64,000 nt of DNA from Chrysomallon squamiferum (taxonomy: Eukaryota > Animalia > Mollusca). The translations under genes and the position numbers were made by a program. Positions 1 through 14,649 of this stretch are shown piece after piece (position 1 is the stretch's first letter; every line of letters begins with the position of its first letter). The stretch lies in the NCBI GenBank assembly GCA_012295275.1, contig CM022667.1:2356001-2420000 (forward strand). The letters are read 5' to 3'. A model generated the notes under the pieces. The model had not been told where the DNA came from, ran no database searches, and saw only the letters and a list, made by a program, of their open reading frames with translations.

Positions 1-4
1 TGTT

Positions 5-52
<48 letters not shown>

Positions 53-205
53 TGTGTGTGTGAGTGTAGGTGTAGGTGTAGGTGTATGTGTGTATGAGTG
101 TGTGTGTGTGAGTGTGTGTGTATGTGTGTGAGAGAGAGTGTTGGTGTAGGTGTGTGTATGTGTGTGTGTGTATGTGTGTGTGTATGTGTGTAGGTGTGTG
201 TGTGT
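1..205. repeat. (TG)n microsatellite, imperfect
   Basis: Direct observation. Confidence 0.97.
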
Positions 206-512
206 TAAAAACAGAAATTGACAGATTGTTATCTGTCCATCGACCATTTCTATCTGAATTTATATCAGTATAATAAATGGATGGATCAATGGATGGGGAG
301 GGTGATGAATCGAAGGATCGATGATGAGTCCATAGATGATAGATTGATGGATAGATAAAAACTTTTCATAACGAGACAAGAATACGATTCAGTCATTCAT
401 GTGAGTGTATTTTAAAAAAGAGAAAAACAGGGGAAAAAAATCTGGAAAATAAAAGCGATATAGTTCGAAAAAGGAAAAGCAAAAAAATAAGAAAAAGCAT
501 GTAAATAAATAA

Positions 513-561
<49 letters not shown>

Positions 562-1404
562 CAAAACAAAAAATAAAAATTAATAATAATGCTGTTAAAA
601 AATGTTAGACAAAATTCTAGTAAATAAATAAATAACTAAATAACTAAATAAATAAAATCCCTCCAAATGCTGACGTTTATAATGTTTTTAAATCAGTGAC
701 TTTTAAAAATGAAAATAGAGAGAACTATTCAGTTCGGTCTGGAACCCCCCCCCCCACCGCCGTTCCTAGGTAAAAACCGATTAACACAAACAGAGGTATG
801 TATCCTAAAGAAAAGTATAATTGTATAAAAGATCATTTGATATCAGGTGATGATTCGTTCATGATCTAATACTGAAACCTTTCCACGAACACAAGCACGC
901 AGATGCTCACACCAAATACGCAAGTACGCACGCACGCACGCACGCACGCACGTACAACACGCACAAATTGTTAATTCATAGATGGCGAAATAATCGATGT
1001 GCTTTGTGATTATCGATTTTGTGGAGGCGGGCAATATTGAGTTTATTTAACGCCATCAGTAATTTCTTGAAAATGTCTTCGAGGAAGGGGCGACGCATGC
1101 CATTTCCTAAATCACAAACACAATTGTGTTTGCATTTCGGGCAAAGCAGCGAATAATGGCGACAAATACACTCAGAGAACGTAATGAGATGTAATAATAG
1201 AAAACAGCTACGCTAATTATATGCTTAATAGTTTTTGTTATTCGCCGGTTTTTACGTGGGGAAAAATAATAATAATGGTCAGTTCTGTTGTGTCTTAGAC
1301 GGATTTAGGAGAACCGGAACTGCATTCTCTAAAAGGACGACAGAAAGAGAAAAAAAAAAAGAGAAAAAATAGAAAGAAAAAAAATGTCAGATGGTCTTTC
1401 AATG

Positions 1405-1492
1405 TCACCTGGTCACGTGACAAGAAGTCATTTAGTTATATGTTTGTAATTCCGTATCTGATTAAACGATATATGAAATTAGTGGGGGCGGA
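1405..1492. promoter_or_regulatory. Cluster of promoter-like motifs
   Basis: GTCACGTGAC palindrome (1412-1421) and GGGGGCGG GC-box (~1484-1490) in a CpG-rich patch. No associated gene seen. Confidence 0.25.
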
Positions 1493-1673
1493 TAATTTGC
1501 GTCTCGCTCTGTCTGTTATTATTATTATTATTGTTGTTGTTGTTTATATTATACAGTGAGCGTAGAGTTTGTATTCCACACACGTAACACACACAAAAGA
1601 GTAAATGTATCAAATATGTACGCCTAACTTGGTGAGACCAAAAGTTCATTCTGTTAGGTTTCTCTCTATCTTT

Positions 1674-1774
<101 letters not shown>

Positions 1775-3794
1775 CCTCCCTTTCGTCATTTATTTTTTCA
1801 TATTACGTTCAAACATGGTCTGATTGAACACTGCACTGAAATGTAATTGGTGAAAAACAAAAATCAGTTAGCTAGACTTCCGTGAAAAAAATTATTTCTT
1901 TCCCACGTGTAATTTTTTTTTTTTCTCACCTTTCTTTTGTTTCCTGTCTCGCTGTAAGATTTGACTAATTTGAAACAAACTAAATCAGCCTTGTTAACTA
2001 ACACACTTGAAATGAGGTAATAAGCTTAAATATGAGATCGAGGCCAAAACACACGCAAGACAAAAGGTCACTCAGTTTATGCATCCAGGAAGAAAACCAG
2101 GAAAAAAAAACGGATTAATTAGAATTTCGGATTAAAAAGCCCAATTTGAAATATTTCTCACTTCGAAAGGGTGATTTTAGTTCTAATTTGGATCTGTTGG
2201 TTTCTGCTAACGACACTACAAAAATACCATCAGTAAGTAGCAGACGGTTTCCGCTATATTTTAATTACATCACAATTTGCCGCATTTCAAATCACAATTC
2301 TGGATAGAAAATGAACAGCAACATGAATTTCTAATTACACCTTCAAAATAATGGCTTTTAATAGACGTTTTATTTCAGTTGAATGCTGCTATGGTTATGA
2401 AAGCCACTTCATACCTGTAACACAGATACCATTACATGAGTTATATACGAGCTTTACAAGTAAACCAGGAAACAGAAACTGATATTGTTGTATTTGTAGT
2501 TATTTGATGTAACTTTTCTTTTTTGTTAACAGAAATCATTTCTAACTACAAGAATTATATATATGAGGGCTACGTGGTATAAAATATATTTATTAATATA
2601 ATCTTTCGTTTATTCATTCATTATTGATATTGATACTAAACCAATTTTTTGTTTTATTATTATTATTATTGGTATTTTTAATGTTATCAAAAGGAGGTTC
2701 ATTCATTTATATGCATGTTAACAAACAAACATACATACATATGCACATATATATAGATATGATTATTATTGTTGTTGGTGTTGTTGTTGTTGTTGTTGTG
2801 TGTTGTACTGTGTAGCTGGGGTCTGGCCTTTCAGTACTAAAATACAGCGTGTTACAGGTGATAAAACGACACTATTTGACAAAAATGCTCGAGAGCAATA
2901 TCGTAGAAATGTCATATCTGTTTGCACATATCTGAAAACAGTTTGCTAATGAAATTGTGTACACGTTATTTATCCAGAAGTGAATATGCATACAGAAGAA
3001 GAGAGAGAGAGAGACAGGCACCTGATGTATTATATACAAATTTATATACATTTGGTGAATATTCGTGACAGAAGAATAATCGTCGTCCTTAATAAATAGT
3101 TATATGTGGCGTAATAGTTATTATTAACAGTTAATGACACACACACAAACACACACACCATATATATATATATATATATGCACACGTGCGCATACACACA
3201 CACATAAATAAAATTTAAAAAAACTAAAACTAACATATGCATAGAAACAACATACTTGCCAGTACAAATACACACATATGCACAGTAAAATATTTTAAAA
3301 TACCTATCAGGTACATATAAACTAATATTCTCATATTTCACGGAACTTTAAAGATGGAAATAAAAAAAAATATATAATAATAATAAAATTTAAAAAAAAA
3401 AAGAAAAAAGAAAGAAGTGAATAGAGAAAAGAAAAAAAAGAAACAGTAATTAAGATGTCTGCAACTGTTTCAGTCTATTTTTGATATATTATTGCTAGAA
3501 ATAAAATCATCAATAATTATAACCGTATAGGTTTTTTTTGTTGTTTGTTTTTCGCTTTTGTTCTTAATATAACTATTAATCGTAGCTACAAAGATGTCTT
3601 ATCTGACAGATCACAGTAAGTGCGGCTCATATTTTATTAATAATTTGCTTGAAATAATCTTTACTGATCGTTTTTGATAAGCGAACAAATTTAAGTGATA
3701 AATATATATATCTAATATTTCAATGAATATGTATTTTATACTCAGTGTGTTTTACAATTCATTTTAGTTTAATTTAGTTTAGTTAATTTTCATT

Positions 3795-3915
3795 TTGTTT
3801 ATATATGTATTTATTTATTTATTTATTTGTTTATGTATTTATTTATTTTATTTTATTTTATTTATTCATTTATTCATTTATTTATTTTATTTTATTTTAT
3901 TTCATTTATTTCATT

Positions 3916-3950
<35 letters not shown>

Positions 3951-4120
3951 TTTTTTTTTTTTTTTTGTTTTGTTTTTTTTTTTTTTTTTTTTTTATTCAT
4001 TTCATTTATTTATTTATGTATTTATGTATTTATTTATGTATTTATTTATTTATTTATTTATTTAGTTAGTTAGTTAGTTAGTTAGTTACTTATTTACTTA
4101 CTTACTTAATTTATTTATTT
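3795..4120. repeat. (TTTA)n/(TTAG)n/poly-T low-complexity tract
   Basis: Direct observation; source of three spurious ORFs. Confidence 0.95.
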
Positions 4121-4498
4121 CACCATGATTCCTTTCAAACCATAATTATCAAAACGTAGCACTGGTGACACAAAAAGAAACAGTCAATCCTGCGATCACA
4201 TTTGACAAACTTAAATTATTCAGAAATCGGGTTCCCAAGGTCTTGCCCGTCCTCTCATTCTGAAAAAAAAAAAAAAAAAAAAAATCTAAAATTATAATAA
4301 CATGCTACATTTCTCATGTGAAATAATTTCCAACCACCATCTACGTGCGGCATGTCGAGTGTTTACTAAAGTTAAAATAAAACTTTAGCTAAGATTACTA
4401 GTCTGGCTGTCACGGGTTGTCGAGATTTCACAAAGAGACAGACTAAATGGGAAGTGGCAGCACTGCACTGAGTCTTTGTACCAGTCAGACACGTATAC

Positions 4499-4531
<33 letters not shown>

Positions 4532-5587
4532 GATGTAAATAAGTTACCGCAGATTTTAAAGCTGAACGCCATGGGTGTAAGGCCTCGTTTATTTCTTAAA
4601 TTTCTCTCCTTTCTGCTTGTAAATAGAACGTTGATACTTTTTTTTAACTGAAGGTTACAGATCCAGAGCATTTCGTGGATTTCAAACCAAGATTTAGTTT
4701 CACCGAGCATGCGACTGATTCTGTTTTCAGCTTCTGCGTAGTATGTAGAATTTCTTACATTATCAGTACAGTTACTTTTTCAACAAAGTAATAACGACCT
4801 TTTTAACGATGTAAGAAATAATAAGGTTGTTTTGTTTTACAAGATGGGCATTCTACTTTTTAATTTTTGTTTGTTGTATATTTCTTAATTTAAAAAATGT
4901 TTAATAATACAACGACGAAGACTAAATATCTATTTAAAAAATAGTATTTTCTTATGACCAAGACTCACAAAAGGATCTTTATTGAAAATGTGTTAAATGA
5001 GTACAAATATATATATATATATATATCTATATATATAACGTAAGTTAGTAACCGATGCAATAACTCAATTTCCGCTTTCATCGTAGACTGTGACAGCAAA
5101 GCGGAAACGCACAGTTCACAAAACTACGACGTGCGTGCAGTAATGTTTCTTTATTCGTTAAATCTTCTTCAAATGCGATAATTTAATAATCTTAAACTCA
5201 GCGGCCAGGTGCGCCGGTCGTCTAAAAGGATCAATCAAAATGCTTTGTCGCTAATCTCTGTACGATAAATTTACAAGGGTTACAATTGAACAAATGAAGA
5301 ACTTTCGCCGATGTACGAAATGTCGGTCAGAACGCAGAAGTGCATTTTCAGTACAGTTGTTTCGTCTTCAATTTTTAATAGATTTCCCAGACGTCTGCCG
5401 AAGATTCTTTACTCCAGAGACTCAATTAAATCCCTCCATGTGGTCGGCGAGCCGGCTGAAATCCTTGTTTATTTATCACTCTTCATTTATTGTCTACTTT
5501 CGAATTTAAGCAGTGGATTTATTCAGACAGTTTAAGGGATTTTCATCTCGTTGGCCCAGTTATTTAACTATTGCCTTCGTTACGATC

Positions 5588-5877
5588 ACTGCTACTACTA
5601 CTACTACTGCTACTGCAACTACTGTCGCCATGATGAGCACTATTACATTTATACTGCTTACTAATCACTACTCCTACTACTGCTGCTGCTACTACTATCA
5701 CCACCATAAGCACTACTGCATTTACTACTGCTTACTAGTCACTACTCCTGCTATTAGTACTACAACAAATTATCCTTCTACCACTGCTCCTAGTACTATC
5801 ATCACAACTTCTACTACTGTTATTACTACTACTATGCCACTATTGCTATTACTACTGCTATTCTACTATTACTACAA
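5588..5877. repeat. Imperfect (ACT)n tract
   Basis: Direct observation. Confidence 0.9.
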
Positions 5878-5960
5878 TTGCCAGCAGTTTAAAATGTCAA
5901 ACGTTAGTTCTGTATTATGCTAACAATTCATTCATCCATCATGCATCCATCCACCCAGCA

Positions 5961-5995
<35 letters not shown>

Positions 5996-6587
5996 CACAT
6001 GCATTAATACAAAGAAATTTAAAGACAAATGCACCGACTGAAACTATGTTTACAGTCCAGTGACCGAGTTGTCAATTTTTAATTTGTTTTGTTTATTTAC
6101 GAACTCGACAATTCACGCTGCACCTTGTGATACTCGACTGTCTGAAGTACACAATCTGATCGATAATCAGTTATTGATTTTTTTTTTATTGATCTCCTGT
6201 GAGTTAACAAATCCATTTTTATTCAGTACGTTTCTCATCTCTAAAGTTAATAAAAGGAAGAGCAACAACAACTGAGAAAAGTAATAAGTAAATAAATAAA
6301 AAAATTGAATTACTGAAAAGACAAATACTACTGCTATTACTACTACTACTTCCACTGCTGGCACTATTGCAACTACTTCTACAACTTGGCATCTTTTTCA
6401 GTTGTAATTTTCCTCTTCACTGATTTAAAGCATAATTAAATTAAGTCTTCTTTCTTTCTTTTAACCAAATTATTCCGTTTAAATTTGGATTCAGCACGTA
6501 TTAAAACCTTTTATTATACCAGTTGTAATTCTTTCTGCCTGTTTGTGTAGTGCTAGTGCTAGTAACAGCGATAATCAAAGAGGTGAC

Positions 6588-6646
6588 TGTAGTAGTAGAA
6601 TTATTGCTAGTAGCAGTAATGTTAGCAGTAGTAGTAGTAGTACTAC

Positions 6647-6705
<59 letters not shown>
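6588..6705. repeat. (TAG)n microsatellite
   Basis: Direct observation. Confidence 0.95.
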
Positions 6706-8550
6706 AGTGTTGGTAATTAATATAAATGTTACATAAGCTTTCTTTACAAAATTCCAAGCTCATTTCAGATTAATAGACTCGTTTTGACACTAACGTGACA
6801 TTTCCGTAATGACTCACAACCAGGTATATATATATACATATTTACCTGGATGACATACAATCACCTATTTCACCTGTTCGGGCCACACCTTCGAAGAGTA
6901 TAACCCCGTGTCAGCATGTACACTATGTGTCAGTCCATTGTAGAGAAAAAACAATGACTAACATTTGATTAGTGGTTAGCAAGACTCCTCGTTACATTCA
7001 GAGTTAACCAATACATTTCTACCAGGTGACCTTACGGTACAAAATACACACGTGTGTGTACGTACAAACAGATTAATTACATATGTAAAAAATTAATACT
7101 TCCACGAGATCGTTCATTATCTTTTTACAAGACAAACAATGAAATTGTTGGCATAATTTCTTATCAGAATCAATGTTTGAGTTTTTGCGATTGTACCCAG
7201 ATGACCTCATGTCAAGAATTTTCTTATTTTAAAGCGTATTTATGGCAGTTCGAACAAATATACATTTTTAAAACGCTTTCAGAATATAATCTGTCTATAA
7301 CTGTTAGACCACAAATATGTGTTAATAATAATTAATATTAATATTCACAATAAAAATTTTGTTGTTAGGTTAAATTTCTGCAAATCAAAAATTCTAATTT
7401 TTCTAATTAAACCGGCATAACTGTAAATTGTTCGTGTGAAAAGTTATGCGCACCTGGCGAAAAGTATGTTTAACGTCAAATTCTGATTAGTTTTGTTAAT
7501 CTACGAGCTAAGCAATTACAAGGATTTTACGCTAAAATTGAAACAGCACTGCTAACAGTGTCAAGTTATCTTGCTTCCCTCTAAATCTAAATTCAGCATA
7601 ATCTTAAAATCGTTATACGCCAATTTGAATACTTTCTTCCAGATGTGTATATCTATAAATTTATCTCATATCCGTTATACATATCTGTGATGCTACAGAG
7701 AAACAGTTTACTTACATTTTAATGTACTTACCTAGAAATAGTTGAGTTTCTTCATAGATAGTAATCTATTTTAATAATTAAGCATGATGTACGCCATCTC
7801 AGCTGACCTGAAAAAGAATTGGTTATTTTTAAAAAAGTTATATATAATAATATGGACCAAGATTTAATATAGATTTTTAAAAATATATTTCCAACAGATA
7901 GCTTTATTTCTTTTTACGCATACTCAACAAGACTTCTCAAGGAATGAAGAAATGTGTTGTTTGTTTGGGGGTTTTTTTCTCTTTTTTTAAAGACAAAATA
8001 TATTTCGAATCTACAGTTACATAATATCTTAGTGATGGTTAAAAACCGTAGAGATAATCAGAGAGTAAACCAGACATAGCTTTCTTTAGGAACAGCAGTG
8101 ATATATTTTACGTATGCACCTACGCATAAACTATCTTTTAGTAATCATCTAGTCAGTGAGTGTTATTTAGAACTGGAATGTACGTGTGTGCTGTTAAAGC
8201 TCAAACAGAACCTTTCCAAACGAGTGTTTACTGATACTCTACACCAAGAAAGTTTACTAACAACAAGGTATGAAACTGGTTTTTCAGGTTCATTTAAATC
8301 TGAGAGTGCAGAGGATTTTTATTTACTGTTCACGGGAAATCAGGACCAAATCTGGAAGAAAAAAATAATAATAAATCACAAAGTTTTCGCTTATAGCAAT
8401 TTCCCTCTTGAAACCTTAGATCTTAAGTTATTCTAAGTCCCCACCATACGATCACGGTAACCCTCTCTCAAACTTATTCTCAATCAAGGTAACAGTAAAT
8501 TTTACTATTAGTCCGTGAAGCTTTGAGTCAACCGTACTTGTTTATTTATT

Positions 8551-8592
<42 letters not shown>

Positions 8593-9315
8593 CTATCTTG
8601 GGAGCGTCTTACCGAGAAATGTGCTTAAAATAGTTTTTTTAAATAAAATAAATAAATAAATAAAAAATCTGGAGAACATTCTGCCACTGTTGAAGCGATG
8701 TTTTCCCAAGGTTATATATATATATCGTATATTTCGTTTTACAGTCTTTATCAATGAAATCACTGTAACAGTTTTGGTGCAGGTGAGGTAATCGAGTTTT
8801 TCTGTTGACAAATTTGTTTTGCTGACACAGGAACCTGCAACACGATGAGTAATTTATTATTTAATGTGTGAATCATCTCGAAAAGAACACAAACCATTGA
8901 CCTGGAAAAAAAAAAAAATAAAAAATAATGAAACTCGCATTAGACTAGCCGACAGCAATAAATGCAGTATCCATTGTAACTTAGTTTAATTCAGCCCGGT
9001 TAGTATTTGAAATCGTAAACACTTGTTGATAAACAAGCGACGTCTGTTCGCCGAGAGAAAGAGTACTTCCGGTGTGATTATTTATCCGGTTCCATTCTAT
9101 TCTGTATTCAAAGTTTTTTTTAAAAAAAAGGATTCTACCCGTAGTACACGTCTGCCACTGAAAAAAAAAAAAAAAAAAAAAAATAACGTTTTTTTAATTT
9201 ATTTTTTTTCTTCTATTTTTTATATCCATTAATGCTCACTAGGTTCTTTTTATCACACTTGTCAACTGTGCAAAAAGAAATAGGCTTTGATGTGTTCGTT
9301 AAAAAGTAGACTAAT

Positions 9316-9328
9316 CGCCACCTGGCGG
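9316..9328 (-). promoter_or_regulatory. CTCF-like motif
   Basis: CGCCACCTGGCGG (reverse complement CCGCCAGGTGGCG) is close to the CTCF core CCACCAGGGGGCG, in otherwise AT-rich DNA. Confidence 0.35.
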
Positions 9329-10722
9329 ACATGTTAACACTGAAAGCTTTGTTATCGGTCCGGTTGCCGTGTTCGTTTTACCCGTTTCGGAACAAATGTC
9401 TCTTTATAGCGATACAAAACATCGCTTTGTACACTACTAAGACGTCATGTGAAGGGGAGAAGAAAAAAAATACAATTATAAATGTTCGCAGGATTCAAAC
9501 AAAATTCTGTGCACGTTTTGGCCCGTCTTTTGTTGGATTATAAGTGAAATAGATATTGGATTAGTCTTTCTGTGGGTTAATCAGATAAGGATTAACCACA
9601 ATATATTTATTAAATGGGAAAAGTCGTAGTGATTTGAGATAAAGCGATAGCCTTTATGATTATACATAATCCTTTTGACAGTTGTGTTTCAGCGTACCTT
9701 GCTGTTTGTCATAAACTGGTCAAAATCGAAAAAAAAATAATAATTATAATAATAATAATAATAATAAAAGTAATAATAATAATAATAATAAATAAAAATA
9801 AAATGACTAAAAAAAAAATTAAAATCTAATTCATTCAGACATAAGTGACATCTTTTAAGTCAGAACTGATGTATATTTATAGATGACTATATAAAAGTAC
9901 ATCCGTCGTTTAGTGTGTGTGACGGTGTTTTCTTGTCTAAATACTACTATTACTGCTGCTGCTGCTGCTGCTATTACTAGTACTATTACATTAATAATAA
10001 ATAAAATTATACCGAAACAAAATTCAGTGATACTATACATACAGCTTTCATTTTTTGTTTATGGCATTCTAGATTATGCATTCAAACTAACAGAGAATTA
10101 AAAAAAAAAAATAAATAAATAAATAAATAAATAATAGAGGAAGAAGAAGAAGAAGAAGAAGAAGAAGAAGAATATCTAAAATGTATCTGTAGAATAAAGA
10201 AATGTATTGTACTTCCTTCATATTGCTTCTTACTAGTGGCCAGTCACTGTAGACAATAAAATATTATCTGACAATTTCACGCGAATTCTATTGTTAATGT
10301 ATTTAAACACTGATTAATATACTACTACTACTACTACTACTTCTACTATTATTACTACTACTGCTAATACTACTACTACTAATAATAATAATAGTAATAA
10401 TAATAATAATAATAATAATATAATCATAATATTAATAAAATAATATCAGTAATAGTAGTAAATAAACATCCTGTGTTTCTACACATCTCTCTATGAGTTC
10501 AGAAGAAGACATTGTATTTGTTATTATAAAAAGATTCTCAACAACGAACTAACAACAACAACTTTGACTTATCTCAGTTTATATTTATATCGTCATAGCT
10601 ACTTTGACAGCCACATAACTACGGGAGAAAACAGGATTTTATTTTTATATTTTGTTTATAAAACATCCGTTTGAGGGAGAGGTCAAAATGGCTGTACTTC
10701 ACATACAAAAGAAAGAAAAAAA

Positions 10723-10753
<31 letters not shown>

Positions 10754-10781
10754 TAAAAGACAAGGATGTAATTATATTGGT

Positions 10782-10946
10782 GGAAAAACGTCTCGGATGA
10801 AACTCTGTCGAAATACTTTTATTCGGCATTTCCTGGATTGCTGCCCCTGATTACTTCCTGAGTCACTCCTTCAGCCTTTACTCAAACTACACCTTAGGTA
10901 ATTCCCGGAAGCTTTCTGAAGATCATTATTACCATTAATAAAATCT
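10782..10946 (+). repeat. Interspersed repeat copy A (inverted partner at 12286-12447)
   Basis: ggaaaaacgtct..ctgtcgaaatact..tcctggatt.ctgccc..gtcactcctt..caccttaggtaa..ctttctgaagat..ttattaccattaata aligns by eye with the reverse complement of 12286-12447. Confidence 0.8.
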
Positions 10947-11474
10947 CCGTCTGGGATGTAAACATTGGTGTTTAAAGATTTATTACACTTATACCATTAC
11001 TGTTACTACTACTACTACTACTACTGCTATTATTCCTACTACTACTGTTACTACTACTACTACTATTACTGCTGCTGCTGTTTCTACTACTAGTACTATG
11101 TGAAATATTGCTATTGCTGATATACAGCAACAATAAATATTACAACATATCATAATGACTGTGGTCGTGTTGAAAATTATTAAACCTATTTTTTTTTTCT
11201 TTTTTTTTTTTTTTTTTTTTTTCTTCTTTTTGTTTGTTTGTTTGTGGGTTTTTTTATTGAGTTTTTGATGGTTCTTTTTTTCTTTTTTTTTTTTTTTTCT
11301 TTGCTATTACCTCCGGAGTTCTCTCCCTTTCAATCGAATGCCATACATTAAGGTGTGATACAGTAATACACACGTTACCAACTTCGTCATTATCATTACT
11401 GTAACTACACCTACCGAACCATTTATCGGGCTTCCAGAAATCCGAAAACCCCAGAAAATCGATTATTATTATTA

Positions 11475-11512
<38 letters not shown>

Positions 11513-11977
11513 TTTTTTTTTGTTTTTGTTTTTTTTTTTCTTTAAACTCTCTGCTTTTAAATTTGGCGCGTTGTGCAGGTTTACTGATAACTTTTAAATT
11601 AAAAAAAAAAAAAATTCTTTTTTAATTTTTATTAGATATATTGGCATTGCAATAATTTAATTGTGTTAAGAAATGTATTAATTTTTACGTGTATCTTTTA
11701 AATCAAATTATGTTTCTTCTTTTCTTTGTTTAATTTACATTCTGTTTATAAAAATAGTATTCTGGAAAGTTATTTATAAATTTTAATGGATCAGATAGAT
11801 CATGCTTAACAGTATAATAGTTCGTATCTATTAAATACAGTTTCATTCTTTATTTTTCATAGTTATTTTAAATTTTAACTTCAGTATATATTTAACCTGC
11901 ATCCAGCAATCAGGACTACTTCAAGTCCCACGGTTCCGGATAAAAGCTTCAGTAGCCATACTGCTGACGGTATGATG

Positions 11978-12046
<69 letters not shown>

Positions 12047-12285
12047 ATTATTATTATTGTAATTATAAAAAATAAAAGAAGAAATGTAAATTTAATTTTA
12101 ATGTATAAATTTGTTTCATTGGGAATTGACATTTTTTTCTCCCCAGATTGTTGATAAACAAATAAGTAATATATATATATATATATATATTTTGGATGAT
12201 CTTTAGTACAAAAGGTTTATCATAAGATTAAGGACGCGATGTGAGTAAAAAAAATTAAAAAAACCAATGATAACTCGCGGAAACA

Positions 12286-12447
12286 AGATGTTATTAATGG
12301 TAATAAAAATCTTCAGAAAGTTTTAGGAACTTACCTAAGGTGAGGTTTATGAGATGGTAGAAAAGGAGGCGCAAGGAGTGACCAAGGGCAGTAATCCAGG
12401 ATATAGCTAAAATAGTATTTCGACAGTTTCTTTTCAGACGTTTTTCC
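12286..12447 (-). repeat. Interspersed repeat copy B (inverted relative to 10782-10946)
   Basis: Reverse complement shares the same ordered blocks as copy A. Confidence 0.8.
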
Positions 12448-12745
12448 GAATGGCTTAAGCAGGTATGGTCTCAAAAAAGCATAAAAGACTGAGGATACAG
12501 AACCATTTGCCTTATTTATTAATTTCATGGCAGATTATTTATTTATTTGCTTTTGTTGTTGTTGACGCTGATATATTTATTTTATGCTTAATTTATTTAT
12601 AGACAACCCCTTACTGTTTCAAAGAAGAAAACTGACGAATCGCATGACATTGACAGATAACGATATTTTTTTTATTGTTGAAGTGTTTTATAAACAGCAA
12701 CTGGCCGCTAGACATAAAAGCAGTATAAATAAACAAACAAACAAA

Positions 12746-12785
<40 letters not shown>

Positions 12786-12814
12786 CTACAGTAACAAAGA
12801 TGGTATAAGGTGGT

Positions 12815-12854
<40 letters not shown>

Positions 12855-12974
12855 GTAATAATGATTTATATTTTTTTATTGCATTCAGAAATAAAGATAT
12901 TGTCAGAGACATGTATGATTTTTATGGACACGTGTCTGGTGGTGGTGTGTGTTTGTCTGTGTGTGTGTATGTGT

Positions 12975-13019
<45 letters not shown>

Positions 13020-13476
13020 TTCTATGGTCGTTTTACGTTTAAATAAATACATTCTGTCTAATAAATAATTTTCTGCAGTAACTTATCTAAATCAAAAATG
13101 AAATATTCTGTTTAAATCCAAATTTTCTGTATAATATTTCACATCAAACTACTTCCAAGCAACAGCTGATATCTTTAAATTCTGAAATTATATAAACACA
13201 TACTGTCGGCCTGGTCACTATGTGCCTTCGCTAAACTTAGGAAAAAACTGATTAAAATATCGTAAATAGGACATTTCCTCTGTTAATATTTTGATTAAAG
13301 AACCTAATTTAGTAACTGCATGATCTAGATAAGTCATTAGCTGGTTCCAGCGGAATGGCATTAATCAGAGACTGTCAGTCTGTGACAAGACCACTATCTC
13401 CAGCATCGACCTGACCTCATCGCAAGAGAACTCGATTAGATATAATTTACTCTTAATGATATATGGAATTTCACTC

Positions 13477-13561
<85 letters not shown>

Positions 13562-13769
13562 TTTAGAACCCCTTATAAATCACGCGTTTATCTTTTCTTT
13601 TATATTCCACTTTTCTTTTTTTTTTTTTTGCGTTCCAGCCGTTTAACAACAGTTCATTGATTGTTATTTAGATTAGCGTTACCGGCATCACCAACAGTAC
13701 GCCAGCTGTGATCATTTTTACTATTGCTTTAAATGCTGCTGCTACAACACCTATTGCTATCTAAATCTA

Positions 13770-13835
13770 TATTCATGCTTATATTCATATTTATATTCAT
13801 ATTCATATTCATATTCATATTCATATTCATATTCA

Positions 13836-13887
<52 letters not shown>
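13770..13887. repeat. (ATATTC)n followed by (TAT)n
   Basis: Direct observation. Confidence 0.95.
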
Positions 13888-13907
13888 GCAACCTAAATTC
13901 ACGATTA

Positions 13908-14352
13908 TTAATTGGTGTCAGGGAATTCCTGATCTTCGGACTTCCATTGATCTTGCACTACCGTATCCATGGAAATGGTATCTTCCGGCTGGTCGTCGAC
14001 AAGTGGAAATAATGGCACTATAGTGACCACAGAATGACCCGTGCTTTGTACAAAGAAAGGAACATATTTATTATCAAAGCATTCAGACAAATCGAACGAT
14101 TCTAAAGAAATATTATTTCTTTCTCCATTGTTGTATAAACCTTTGTATAGGCACTTACAGAACAACGTCTGGAGGTCCGCGCAAAAGGACTTTGTCAGAA
14201 TATATTAAAAGTGTGTTTAAAGAGAGACTTAACATTCATTTCGTAACAACAGCTGCAACAGTAGTAGTAGCAACATCACATATAGTTGCAAAGACAAACG
14301 AAATAACAAAATCAGAGAGTAAAACGATGAGAAATAAAAATGTGATTGCGTT
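13908..14352 (-). pseudogene. Decayed class A GPCR relic, LGR/RXFP/GRL101-like (TM6, TM7, helix 8, C-tail)
   Basis: The - strand reads NAITFLFLIVLLSDFVISF...VVTK*MLSLSLNTLL, then after a 1-nt shift at ~14205 YILTKSFCADLQTLFCKCLY...DTN*. This resembles LGR motifs as recalled (LIFTDF / FIVFSD; LNPILY; IFTKAFRRDFFILLSKC). One stop (14236-14238) and one frameshift. Confidence 0.45.
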
Positions 14353-14594
14353 TTATAGTTTTGTTTATATGTCACAGTCAGTTAACAATATATTCTACGC
14401 GATTAATATAATTTATATTTATTTAAAAGTGCTTATAAAAAATGTTCGTAAAATTATTCAGATAATTACGTATTTATGCAAAAAAAGGCATTTGTCATTA
14501 TATAATTTAAACAAATATTCGCAACGCTATCTATTTATCTATCTATCCAAATATTTTCATTCTTCTTCTCTAGCTATATTTTCTTGTCATTGTC

Positions 14595-14649
<55 letters not shown>

